From the IMG/VR virus record IMGVR_UViG_3300033076_000132, positions 1 to 26,942 of that record: a DNA stretch of 26,942 nucleotides. One strand, written 5' to 3'. The notes beneath the pieces were generated by a model. It had not been told where the DNA came from, searched no databases, and saw only the letters and a program-made list of their open reading frames with translations. The DNA is from a virus (lineage: Duplodnaviria > Caudoviricetes). Below are positions 1 to 8,359 of the stretch, one piece after another. A program made the position numbers and the translations under genes. Numbering within the stretch: position 1 is the first letter of the stretch; every line of letters starts with the position of its first letter.

Positions 1-599
1 CTATTATACTTATGTGTCGCGTAAAAGTCAATATCAGAATAATTATCCGCTAGAACATTAATCATCTCGGACATATTGCCTGTGTAAAGACATTGTCCAG
101 AATGAACTGGACCATTTGATATTAGAACATTCTTTCTCGTCTTGTCGATCTTCATATTTTGACAAGCTGGAAACTTGCTATAGTCAATGATAGGAAATAG
201 TTTGCTCACTTCCGATGGAGTAGGATATGAAATGTTTTCTCCTGTCCATTGACTAAGGATTTCAAATATCTTCTCATACATGTAATAGTTGAAACGAAGA
301 TTTGTTTCGCCTTTATATGGAAGAATTGTATCTTGATCATCAAACCATGCACCAACCCAAGTATTAATAAAAATTGAATCTGTCGATTCCAACAATTGAG
401 TGTGCTTATGGAGCTGATCACTTGTTGGAAGAACTTGTCTATATGTACAATTCATATCTTGAAGAAGTTTTGGTCCCCAAGGATGATGATAGTAGAAGTT
501 TCTATCAGGTAAAGAATCGATTAAAAACTGAAAGAAACCTCTACTATGAAACACATCACCGTTATGAAAGTGATTGAAAAATACGATGTCTTTCTTCAC
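1..599 (-). CDS. Partial CDS (runs off the left edge), putative glycosyltransferase, possibly GT-B fold
   Basis: Not in the ORF track. Manual translation from GTG at 599 (GTGA overlap with upstream stop, AAGGAA SD) is open for 199 codons to the edge: MKKDIVFFNHFHNGDVFHSRG...FINTWVG...KNVLISNGPVHSGQ...FYATHKYN. N-terminal strand plus GD motif resembles GT9-like enzymes; sugar operon context. ORF is solid, function tentative. Confidence 0.7.
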   Translation of the reverse strand, partial: MKKDIVFFNHFHNGDVFHSRGFFQFLIDSLPDRNFYYHHPWGPKLLQDMNCTYRQVLPTSDQLHKHTQLLESTDSIFINTWVGAWFDDQDTILPYKGETNLRFNYYMYEKIFEILSQWTGENISYPTPSEVSKLFPIIDYSKFPACQNMKIDKTRKNVLISNGPVHSGQCLYTGNMSEMINVLADNYSDIDFYATHKYN

Positions 600-964
600 T
601 GTTCCTTAACGCCCTTATACAGCTTCACTGAATCTTCTCTGAGGTTCTTACTGCGAACGATAGCATCATCAATCATGGCATTCAGTGCTGCAACAAGCTT
701 CGGTCGCTTGATCTTGAAGCAGATGTCAACCTTACGCTTTAGATCAGCTAGTTCTTCATCCGACTTTGCTTCCTGCATTGCGTCTTCAAGATGCCAGGTA
801 CGAATGTGAAGAATAGCCAGTTTCTCTAGAAGTTCACCAAAGCTGTCAGATGCGGCATACTCTGGCGGATCACCAAACATCAAGCTTTTACGATTTAGAG
901 TATCATAGACATGCTCACGAAGAATCATATCTAACATTGCTGAAACCATGCTGTTATTGCTCAT
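596..964 (-). CDS. DUF4254-like helical protein
   Basis: SFGELLEKLAILHIRTWH and following coiled region resemble DUF4254 proteins seen in polysaccharide loci; TAATG coupling to the upstream gene. Confidence 0.65.
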   Translation of the reverse strand: MSNNSMVSAMLDMILREHVYDTLNRKSLMFGDPPEYAASDSFGELLEKLAILHIRTWHLEDAMQEAKSDEELADLKRKVDICFKIKRPKLVAALNAMIDDAIVRSKNLREDSVKLYKGVKEQ

Positions 965-2142
965 TATAAACTCCTAATAATATCTTCAAGTATTTTCAAT
1001 TCTCTATCACCAACGAATTGGTTATTACCTATATAGACGCCATTCTCATGCAGTATATCCACGTTGTATGGTCCATTCTTACATGCAATAGAATGCCCCT
1101 GCATATAAGGTTGACGAAGAAGATTGCCACCAACAACGGGTCGATATTCAATGAAGTTCGTCTTCAATCTACGAAGAAGTGCGTCCTTGATTAGAGGCGT
1201 CTTTGCGATTAGCGGAAAACAGAACGAACTATTACCTTCTTCTGCATAACCATCGCAAGGAAGATGAAACTTGTTAGATCCAAATCTATGCATGATGTCG
1301 ATATACTTGGCGAAGTTTCTTTGTCTCTGACCGATAAATCCATCAAGCTTCTTCAATTGCGATAAGCCAAGCACAGCACCAAGTTCGGTGTTACGGAAGT
1401 TATAACCAGAAGTCACAAATAAAAACTGCGAATCAATTTCGGGATGCTTATCAGAGTATTCATGTGGATTCATAGCCACACGCGACATACCATGTGAACG
1501 CTTCATTCGCATTAGATTATAGAGAATATCATTATTTGTAGAAATCATACCACCTTCAACTGTAGACATATGATGACCAAAGTAGAAGCTGAACGTCGAA
1601 CCAGTTGATTGTGATCCAGCTTTATAGTTTAGAGGGTCTCTTGCGCCATGAGATTCGCATACATCCTCAAGCATGATAGCTTTAGGAAAGATACTACGAA
1701 GAGCATATAAGTTGGCAGGAATACCAAGAAGATGTGTCGTGAAGACAATATCAATCTTATGCTTCTTGGCAATCTCGGCTGCATTCTCTAGATCATAGCT
1801 ATAATCAAATAGATTGATATCACAGAACACAGGTTCCATGCCAAGCTGCATGACAGGATTGATATTCGTTACCCAAGTGCAAGCTGGTAGAAGAACTTTG
1901 ACATTCTTCTTATCTTTGAAGTAAAGTTCTTTCACAGCATCAAGCAATAGAAAGTTTGCGGTACTTCCTGAAGTAACATAGAGAGAATAGTCAACGCCGA
2001 GCCAATCAGACCAAGCTTGCTCAAATTCTTCTACTTTCTTGCCTTGTGTGAACTTATCAGATGTCATCACAAACTTGGCCAACTTCCAACGATCACACCA
2101 AGTCAGTGTATCCTTCATTAACGGCCAATTATACTCGGTCAT
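964..2142 (-). CDS. colD: DegT-superfamily PLP enzyme, GDP-4-keto-6-deoxy-D-mannose 3-dehydratase (ColD) type
   Basis: SGSTAN, LEDVCESHGA, STFSFYFGHHMSTVEGG (His at the usual Schiff-base Lys position), RSHG, GYNFR, RPVVGGN; no Fe-S Cys cluster of E1/RfbH. Start moved to ATG 2142 (MTEYNWPL; AGAGG SD). Confidence 0.85.
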   Translation of the reverse strand: MTEYNWPLMKDTLTWCDRWKLAKFVMTSDKFTQGKKVEEFEQAWSDWLGVDYSLYVTSGSTANFLLLDAVKELYFKDKKNVKVLLPACTWVTNINPVMQLGMEPVFCDINLFDYSYDLENAAEIAKKHKIDIVFTTHLLGIPANLYALRSIFPKAIMLEDVCESHGARDPLNYKAGSQSTGSTFSFYFGHHMSTVEGGMISTNNDILYNLMRMKRSHGMSRVAMNPHEYSDKHPEIDSQFLFVTSGYNFRNTELGAVLGLSQLKKLDGFIGQRQRNFAKYIDIMHRFGSNKFHLPCDGYAEEGNSSFCFPLIAKTPLIKDALLRRLKTNFIEYRPVVGGNLLRQPYMQGHSIACKNGPYNVDILHENGVYIGNNQFVGDRELKILEDIIRSL

Positions 2143-3064
2143 AAGTACCTCTGTTTTCCATAAACCAATCAATTGTAGTCTTTAGTCCGTCTTCAAGCGA
2201 GGTCTTGGCTTTCCAACCAAGAGCATCCATCTTGCTAGTATCTAGTGCGCGGCGTGGTGTACCATTTGGTTTTGTTGTATCCCAAATAATCTTACCTTCA
2301 TATCCAACAAGCTTCGCTATCAGATCAGCCAGATATGAAATAGAAACCTCACGATTTGGTCCTATGTTGATCGGCTTCGGATCATCGTAGTTATTCATGA
2401 GGAAAATCAGTCCGTCAGCCAAATCATCGGCAAAAAGAAACTCTCGCGTAGGACTGCCGTCACCAAAGCATACTACACTAGACAACCCCTTTTCTTTCGC
2501 GTCGATAAACCGATTGATGAATGCGGGAATTACATGACACTCATCAAGTCGGAAGTTATCGAAAATGCCATATAGATTATTTGGCATGACGGAAACAGTT
2601 TGCATACCATATTGCTCAGTGTACTTCTGACACATGGTAAGACCAGCAATCTTCGCTAGAGCGTAACCAATGTTCGTCTCTTCTAGCGGACCAGTCATCA
2701 AGTATTCTTCTTTGATCGGCACAGGTGCATGTTTTGGATAGATACATGCTGTGCCTAAAAACATTAGCTTCTTGCAGCCAAACTTCTCAGCATTATGAAT
2801 AACATTAGATTGAATCATCAGATTATCATATATGAAATCGGCAGGATAAGTCTTATTGAATCCAATACCACCTACCTTAGCAGCAGCCAAAAAGACATAT
2901 TCAGGTTCGTAAGCATAGAACCAGTCAAATACCTCTTCCTGATTACGCAGATCAATATTGGTAACAAGAATATTATTATAACCTTGAGAGTGTAACTGTC
3001 TCATCAACGCAGTGCCAACGAGACCTTTATGTCCTGCAATATAAATTCTGCTATTACTGTCCAT
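2129..3064 (-). CDS. fcl: GDP-L-fucose synthase / GDP-colitose synthase (Fcl/ColC family epimerase-reductase)
   Basis: [31 protein letters not shown] (YxxxK), [29 protein letters not shown]. Confidence 0.93.
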   Translation of the reverse strand: MDSNSRIYIAGHKGLVGTALMRQLHSQGYNNILVTNIDLRNQEEVFDWFYAYEPEYVFLAAAKVGGIGFNKTYPADFIYDNLMIQSNVIHNAEKFGCKKLMFLGTACIYPKHAPVPIKEEYLMTGPLEETNIGYALAKIAGLTMCQKYTEQYGMQTVSVMPNNLYGIFDNFRLDECHVIPAFINRFIDAKEKGLSSVVCFGDGSPTREFLFADDLADGLIFLMNNYDDPKPINIGPNREVSISYLADLIAKLVGYEGKIIWDTTKPNGTPRRALDTSKMDALGWKAKTSLEDGLKTTIDWFMENRGTYDRV

Positions 3065-4055
3065 TGATACACATATCCTCTACAAGCTTTTCAAATGTGA
3101 ACTGCGGTTTCCAACCAAGCTTCTTACGAGCCTTACTGCTATCACCAAGCAAAGTCTCAACCTCAGCGGGACGGAAGTAACGCTCATTCACACGAATGCG
3201 AACTTCTCCAGTCTGATCAATACCGACTTCATTTAGACCTTCGCCTTCCCAGTGAATACGCATACCAAAGTATGGTGCAGCAGTCTCAACAAATTGCTTG
3301 ACCGAATACTGTTCACCAGTAGCGATAACATAATCATCTGGTTCTGGCTCTTGTAGCATCAACCACATAGCTTCAACAAAGTCTTTAGCATGACCCCAAT
3401 CTCGCTTTGCATTTAGATTACCGAGTTCAAGTACCTTCTGATAACCAAGAGAAATGCGAGAGAGTCCGCGAACGATCTTTCGTGTTACGAATGTTTCACC
3501 GCGACGAGGGCTTTCATGATTGAACAGAATGCCAGACGAGCAGTGCATTCCATAAGATTCACGATAATTCTTTACGATCCAGAAGCCATACATCTTCGCA
3601 ACACCATATGGCGAACGAGGATAGAATGGAGTTGTTTCACTCTGAGGAACTTGCTGCACAAGACCATAAAGTTCAGATGTTGAAGCTTGATAGATACGAA
3701 CATCTTTTTCCATACCAAGTAGACGAACAGCTTCAAGAACGCGAAGTGTGCCGAGAGCATCAACCTGACCAGTATATTCTGGAATCTCAAACGATACCTT
3801 CACATGAGACTGAGCGCCGAGATTGTAAATCTCTGTCGGCTTGATTTCTTGAATCAAGCGAATAAGCGATGAACTGTCCGTCAAATCACCATAGTGAAGT
3901 TTAAGACGAGGATAGATATGATCAATGCGATCAGTATTGATAGAAGAAGATCGGCGAACGATGCCATGAACTTCATATCCTTTTTCTAAGAGCAATTCAG
4001 CCAGATATGAACCGTCTTGCCCTGTAATACCAGTAATTAATGCCACAAATCTCAT
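3054..4055 (-). CDS. gmd: GDP-mannose 4,6-dehydratase
   Basis: [73 protein letters not shown]. Confidence 0.98.
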   Translation of the reverse strand: MRFVALITGITGQDGSYLAELLLEKGYEVHGIVRRSSSINTDRIDHIYPRLKLHYGDLTDSSSLIRLIQEIKPTEIYNLGAQSHVKVSFEIPEYTGQVDALGTLRVLEAVRLLGMEKDVRIYQASTSELYGLVQQVPQSETTPFYPRSPYGVAKMYGFWIVKNYRESYGMHCSSGILFNHESPRRGETFVTRKIVRGLSRISLGYQKVLELGNLNAKRDWGHAKDFVEAMWLMLQEPEPDDYVIATGEQYSVKQFVETAAPYFGMRIHWEGEGLNEVGIDQTGEVRIRVNERYFRPAEVETLLGDSSKARKKLGWKPQFTFEKLVEDMCINGQ

Positions 4056-4978
4056 TAGCGATACTTTCTTTCAATCTTTTCTTTTAGCCCGTTCACTCTA
4101 TCATACTGATGGATGATGCAATAAGGTTGATTGTGCTTGTTACAAACAATATCTTCCTCATCGATAATTACATCATCATAAAGTGCTGTTCGTGTAAACT
4201 TATCTAGTGTCGATGGATCACGAAGATAATGTTGACCGATTTCTCCTGCTCCAGACTTTACAGCAGAAAGTGTTGTGCCAAGATGGCAGCACCAATTCGT
4301 TTCAGGCGTTTCATATCTTGCAATGTTGTTCCATGCATATGTAGATAGCAGTACATTGAGAGCAGCTTGATCTGGACCGCCGCCGCCAGGTGTCTTAGAT
4401 GCAGTGCCACGACACAACATGAAGATGCTCAAGAAAAGATCAAGTACCGCGTCCTTTCGTCCAGCAATAACACCAGCACAGTAGATTGGTTTATTCATCA
4501 CTTTCTGATACACTGTTGGTCCGAAAGCATAGTTCATATTGTTGACATTCCAAGGCTCATCTTTATACAAGAAGTTTTCAGAAGCAACAATAACATCTGT
4601 CTTTCCTGACAACAACATGTCATCAAGATAGTCTGAAGGATTAGTTTGAAAGACAACATCTTTCACATCGGTTGCAATAACATAGTCGATATCGTTGTCG
4701 ATCTGACTAATGAAATACCACATATGAGCGAATCGCTCTACGACAATACTGAATGTCTCTTTGTTGGCATTATAGACATAATCGCCATTTTCGTCTTGCT
4801 CGAAAGCAAAGATGGTAAAATCTTTCTCCTTCAGCTTTTCTACAACATCTGCTTTACAGTTATATGCGATAATAGCCTTGACGCCGTTAAAACCCGAACG
4901 CTCAATAGAGTTAACCCACGGCTCAATCTGCTCGTATGAATAATCTGTGATTGAACCAATGATTAAATCTTGACCCAT
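4055..4978 (-). CDS. Putative GT-A fold glycosyltransferase
   Basis: [13 protein letters not shown] (DxxD), CAGVIAG, DQAALN and C-terminal HQYDR motifs typical of GT-A-like enzymes; coupled to gmd (TAATG). Confidence 0.7.
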   Translation of the reverse strand: MGQDLIIGSITDYSYEQIEPWVNSIERSGFNGVKAIIAYNCKADVVEKLKEKDFTIFAFEQDENGDYVYNANKETFSIVVERFAHMWYFISQIDNDIDYVIATDVKDVVFQTNPSDYLDDMLLSGKTDVIVASENFLYKDEPWNVNNMNYAFGPTVYQKVMNKPIYCAGVIAGRKDAVLDLFLSIFMLCRGTASKTPGGGGPDQAALNVLLSTYAWNNIARYETPETNWCCHLGTTLSAVKSGAGEIGQHYLRDPSTLDKFTRTALYDDVIIDEEDIVCNKHNQPYCIIHQYDRVNGLKEKIERKYR

Positions 4979-5691
4979 GGTAGTTGTCCCTTATAATGAT
5001 TGAGTTGTTGTTTGTTGCCTTCAATGAAGAAATCACCGCTGACTGATTTTGCACTGCTATCTACGCGATAGCATAAAGTGTGTTTGCCGTTAGTATCCCA
5101 TTTTGATTGATTTGCTACAGAATAGAAATAGCGACGATCTTCGCCCCATGCACCAGAATGCCAACGATGGCAAGTAGCTTGAATAAACTCTCGGCGAAAA
5201 GCAAATGCTGATGTATCAACGAGATACTGCGGATTATCATGTGTGAAAAAGATTGGCCATCTTCCAAGACTCTCACAATTGTCATCTACGATATACTGCT
5301 TGTCTGGAGTGTAAATCTTGCGAAGTGAATGTGCCCAGTCTAGATTGCCCTTCTCTATCGTATCGACAAGAGTTCTAACATGATCTGGTTCATACCAGTT
5401 GTCTTCGTCAAGAAAGAAGATGTAATCTGAATTGATTAGATGCGGAATAGAAGCATAGATACGCTGACCATTGAAACCATTTGCGCCAGTGTTATAGGGC
5501 AGCATAATCATTTTGAGATTATCTCTGTCAATGTGCGGAGCATTTTTGAAATACTCTTCACCATCAAGAACGAGAAGATGATCGATATTACTGTACGTTT
5601 GTTTGCGTACACTTTCAATGGCATCGGCCAACTTTGGAGAACCGATTGTCGGTGTGATCACCGTCACAGATTTTTCAATGATGAGTTTCAT
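4963..5691 (-). CDS. Glycosyltransferase family 2
   Basis: SVTVITPTIG, SVRKQTY, YIFFLDEDNWY (DxD), VDTS, WGEDR. Confidence 0.88.
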   Translation of the reverse strand: MKLIIEKSVTVITPTIGSPKLADAIESVRKQTYSNIDHLLVLDGEEYFKNAPHIDRDNLKMIMLPYNTGANGFNGQRIYASIPHLINSDYIFFLDEDNWYEPDHVRTLVDTIEKGNLDWAHSLRKIYTPDKQYIVDDNCESLGRWPIFFTHDNPQYLVDTSAFAFRREFIQATCHRWHSGAWGEDRRYFYSVANQSKWDTNGKHTLCYRVDSSAKSVSGDFFIEGNKQQLNHYKGQLPWVKI

Positions 5692-5715
5692 AATATACCT
5701 ATAATCAATAACAAC

Positions 5716-5744
5716 AGTATATAGTATGCGGTAAAAGAAGTCAA
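5716..5744 (-). promoter_or_regulatory. Sigma70-type promoter for the sugar operon
   Basis: TTGACT (5744-5739), 17 nt, TATACT (5721-5716); -35 overlaps the pstS terminator arm. Confidence 0.75.
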
Positions 5745-5764
5745 GAGGGATTTTACCCCTCTTG
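5733..5764 (-). terminator. Intrinsic terminator after pstS
   Basis: CAAGAGGG-7 nt loop-CCCTCTTG followed by ACTTCTTTT. Confidence 0.7.
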
Positions 5765-5774
5765 CTCGTTTTGA

Positions 5775-6737
5775 TTACTTTAGTGGAATAAGACCCTTGT
5801 CTACAAGATATCCCTCTTCGCCAATTGCAGCTTCGCTCTGATATTCTTCCATAAACTCTTTCAAGTTTGCAGTTGTTTCAAGATGTTCGTTCTTGAAATA
5901 CACATACAGCTTTCTAGAGATTGGATATTTTCCATCAGCAATGGTATCATAATCAGGAACAACACCATTGATTGTTGCGCCCTTAATAGTGCTGGTGTTT
6001 TCTTCAAGGAAAGAATAACCAAAGATGCCAAGAGCAGCAGGATTAGCCTGAAGTTTTTGTACAATCAGATTATCATTTTCACCAGCTTCAACATAAGCAC
6101 CATCTTCACGAACAGACTTACAATACTTCTTTTCATCATCAGGAGATAACTGAATGCCAGCTTGCTTCACAGCGATCTTACATTCTTTTTCCAAAACAAG
6201 TTCTACAAACGAGTCGCGGGTGCCCGATGTTGGTGGTGGACCTAGAACTTCAATCTTATCATTAGGCAACGAAGGATTCAAATCGCTCCACGCAACGACA
6301 GGGTTTTCAACCCACTGACCTTCAACCAACACATACTTGGCAAGCGCCTTGTAAACATCACTTGTTGTCAATTCAATACTGGGATGTTCTTTAGACATAG
6401 CCAATACAATTGCATCAAGACCGATTGTGATTTCAGTTGCAGTCACACCGTTCTTCTTACACAATTCAACTTCTTCTGGCTTCATTGGTCGAGAAGCATT
6501 CACAGCATCAGGAGTTTCTGGTCCTGCGCCTTCACAAAACATCTTTACGCCGCCGCCAGTTCCAGTTGATTCAACGATTGGCGTTTGAGCGCCGCCCCTC
6601 TTACCAAATTGTTCTGCTACAGTGGTTGTGAATGGATAAACGGTAGATGAACCTACGATATGTATCACATCACCAGCAGCAAATGCTGATGCAACAGATA
6701 AACCTAAAGCAGCAGCGATAGTCATTAACTTCTTCAT
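5775..6737 (-). CDS. pstS: Phosphate ABC transporter periplasmic binding protein PstS
   Basis: Signal peptide MKKLMTIAAALGLSVASAFA; VGSSTVYPF, ESTGTGGG, NASR, GPPPTSGTRDSF, REDGAYVEAGENDNLIVQKL, YPISR. Start set at ATG 6737 (GGAG SD). Confidence 0.95.
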   Translation of the reverse strand: MKKLMTIAAALGLSVASAFAAGDVIHIVGSSTVYPFTTTVAEQFGKRGGAQTPIVESTGTGGGVKMFCEGAGPETPDAVNASRPMKPEEVELCKKNGVTATEITIGLDAIVLAMSKEHPSIELTTSDVYKALAKYVLVEGQWVENPVVAWSDLNPSLPNDKIEVLGPPPTSGTRDSFVELVLEKECKIAVKQAGIQLSPDDEKKYCKSVREDGAYVEAGENDNLIVQKLQANPAALGIFGYSFLEENTSTIKGATINGVVPDYDTIADGKYPISRKLYVYFKNEHLETTANLKEFMEEYQSEAAIGEEGYLVDKGLIPLK

Positions 6738-6749
6738 ACACTTCTCCAT

Positions 6750-6784
6750 AAAAAAATCAAGGGAGACCTATTTCTCCCTTGATT
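6750..6784 (-). terminator. Terminator-like hairpin immediately upstream of the pstS RBS
   Basis: Perfect 12-bp stem AATCAAGGGAGA/TCTCCCTTGATT (6755-6784), 6-nt loop, ending in a run of 7 T. Confidence 0.8.
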
Positions 6785-6838
6785 GATATTGTTAGCGGCT
6801 TGAAAGCCAATCTGATTCTTCGTTATTATACGGTGACA

Positions 6839-6988
6839 CTACCAGTTACTCCTTTGACCATGAGACATTCGATCCCACTGACGCTGAAGAGTTTCTAGAT
6901 GTATAGCATCCGTAGCTTGACTCAAATACGCATACATACGATCTTGTTCGCTACGACCGCGAAAGATTTTTCTGAGAAATGATGCCAT
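6839..6988 (-). CDS. 49-aa small protein, DUF3563-like
   Basis: Below track cutoff. MASFLRKIFRGRSEQDRMYAYLSQATDAIHLETLQRQWDRMSHGQRSNW*; TAATG overlap with the hsp20 stop; AYLSQATDxxxLE pattern recalls DUF3563. Confidence 0.75.
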   Translation of the reverse strand: MASFLRKIFRGRSEQDRMYAYLSQATDAIHLETLQRQWDRMSHGQRSNW

Positions 6989-7482
6989 TACTTCTCGCCG
7001 TACTTTTCAGATAGAAACTGCTTGGTAGCTTCGCCATTGTGATCTGCTGGCGTTTCGCCAATGTTGATCTTCTTAGGCTTCTTCTCTTCAGGAATGAAAC
7101 GCTCAAGCCAAATCTTTAGCATACCATTGATGAGGTCAGCATTCTTGATTTCAACAGTATCAGCTAGAGTGAACTGACGAGTAAAAGCGCGATCAGCAAT
7201 ACCCTTATAAATGTAATCAGCATCCTCAGAAGACACTGATCCCTTGACTGTCAGGGTGCCATCTTGTAACTCAAGTTCAAGGTCTTGCTTGCCGAAACCA
7301 GCAACTGCCATTTCAATGACATACTTGTTTTCATCAACCTTCTTGATATTGTATGGAGGATAAGTCGGCATCTTAGGCATGGATTCTGTCATCTCAGCCA
7401 ACTTCTTGAGAATTGGTTCAAATCCGATTGTGGTATTAAGCTGCTTGGAAAAAGAAAAAGGATCGTAGTTTAACTTGTGCAT
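6988..7482 (-). CDS. hsp20: Small heat shock protein Hsp20/IbpA family
   Basis: IGF, YPPYNI, IEMAVAGF, KGIADRAFTRQFTLAD, NGMLKI, PEEKKPKKINI (IxI). Confidence 0.97.
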   Translation of the reverse strand: MHKLNYDPFSFSKQLNTTIGFEPILKKLAEMTESMPKMPTYPPYNIKKVDENKYVIEMAVAGFGKQDLELELQDGTLTVKGSVSSEDADYIYKGIADRAFTRQFTLADTVEIKNADLINGMLKIWLERFIPEEKKPKKINIGETPADHNGEATKQFLSEKYGEK

Positions 7483-7486
7483 GGTT

Positions 7487-7537
7487 AACTCCTATTAAGC
7501 AAGTTGTTTATAGAACTCTTCCCATTAGGCGAAGAGT
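7487..7537 (-). promoter_or_regulatory. ROSE-like RNA thermometer in the hsp20 5' UTR
   Basis: AACUUGCU-UAAU-AGGAGUU hairpin: UUGCU motif with bulged G pairs with the SD; preceded by a second hairpin ACUCUUC-G-CC-UAAU-GG-GAAGAGU. Confidence 0.75.
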
Positions 7538-7610
7538 GAAGACTAAGGCGTATCAGAAGACAGAGGCCCTAGCCATATTGCAGGAACGCATTACATGATC
7601 ACTGCATCAC

Positions 7611-7641
7611 TATATATAATACTTCTAAGTCAGAATGTCAA
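7611..7641 (-). promoter_or_regulatory. Promoter upstream of hsp20
   Basis: TTGACA (7641-7636, contains the dUTPase TGA stop), 17 nt, TATATA; TATATATA is also one mismatch from the T4 late box. Confidence 0.65.
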
Positions 7642-8342
7642 GTAGTCGCTTCATTATTTTTTGCTTTATTTGGTGAACCTTTCGGTCTCCCACGACCCCT
7701 CTTTTCTTCCACAGATTCTACCGATTCTGTCATCAACTTAGGCAAAACAGTAGACACGGGAACAGTAGGAATAGTCATCGCTGGTGTTTCTTTTACAGTA
7801 GAAGAATATGTAATATCTGCTGGAGCAAATACACTTACGCCAGTTGACCCCATGCCACCGATACGATTGGACTTCTTGAGTGGTCGAGACAAAGCTTCCC
7901 AAAGAACATATTCTTCCAGCTTGACGAGTTCGCCTTGAGCAATCCGATCGCCATCACCAATCATATACTTGTTATCCGATGCGTTGTGCATTAGGAGAAA
8001 CAGTTCGTCTGTATAGTCTGAATCGATGATGCCTTCACCATTGATCAGAATGAGACCCTGCTTGAGAGATGTGCCAGAACGAGGATGAATACGAACAGAG
8101 TATCCTTCAGGAATATCAAGAATGTATCCAGTAGGCACCATAATACGATCACCTGGATTTATGCAAATCTGTGTGCCGTTGTTGTGAAGCTGTCTGGTAA
8201 ACTCTTTGTTCTGCGCGTTGTATCCTTTGTATTGATACTTGCCAGCAAACTGTGCAGCAACATCAAAACAAGCAGATTGCTTTGTTGAGAAGTGCGGCAA
8301 AATAATCTTTGGATGTGTCTTGAAAAATCCCAATCTATTCAT
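7638..8342 (-). CDS. dut: Trimeric dUTPase with C-terminal AT-hook extension
   Basis: Five motifs: SACFDV, PRSG, GIIDSDY, GDRIAQ, RIGGMGSTG; tail ends KRGRGRPKGSPNK. Start at ATG 8342 (GGGAG SD). Confidence 0.93.
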   Translation of the reverse strand: MNRLGFFKTHPKIILPHFSTKQSACFDVAAQFAGKYQYKGYNAQNKEFTRQLHNNGTQICINPGDRIMVPTGYILDIPEGYSVRIHPRSGTSLKQGLILINGEGIIDSDYTDELFLLMHNASDNKYMIGDGDRIAQGELVKLEEYVLWEALSRPLKKSNRIGGMGSTGVSVFAPADITYSSTVKETPAMTIPTVPVSTVLPKLMTESVESVEEKRGRGRPKGSPNKAKNNEATT

Positions 8343-8359
8343 AATATAATCTCCCATTA

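Noticed and set aside
3-31. Near-consensus promoter TTGACT-N17-TATAAT on the minus strand
   Set aside because: Lies inside an open CDS at the window edge; its target cannot be seen, so it is left uncalled.
206-809. Short track ORFs at 206-421, 374-577 and 546-809, suggesting a pseudogene
   Set aside because: A single uninterrupted minus-strand frame from 599 to the edge explains the region; the track omitted it because it has no stop in the window.
964-2142. Perosamine synthase or E1/RfbH call
   Set aside because: No catalytic Lys (His instead), no Fe-S cysteines, and the neighbours are GDP-sugar rather than CDP-sugar enzymes.
6820-6860. Pho box upstream of pstS
   Set aside because: Only one reasonable half-site (GTGTCAC); neighbouring candidates are poor or off the 11-bp period.
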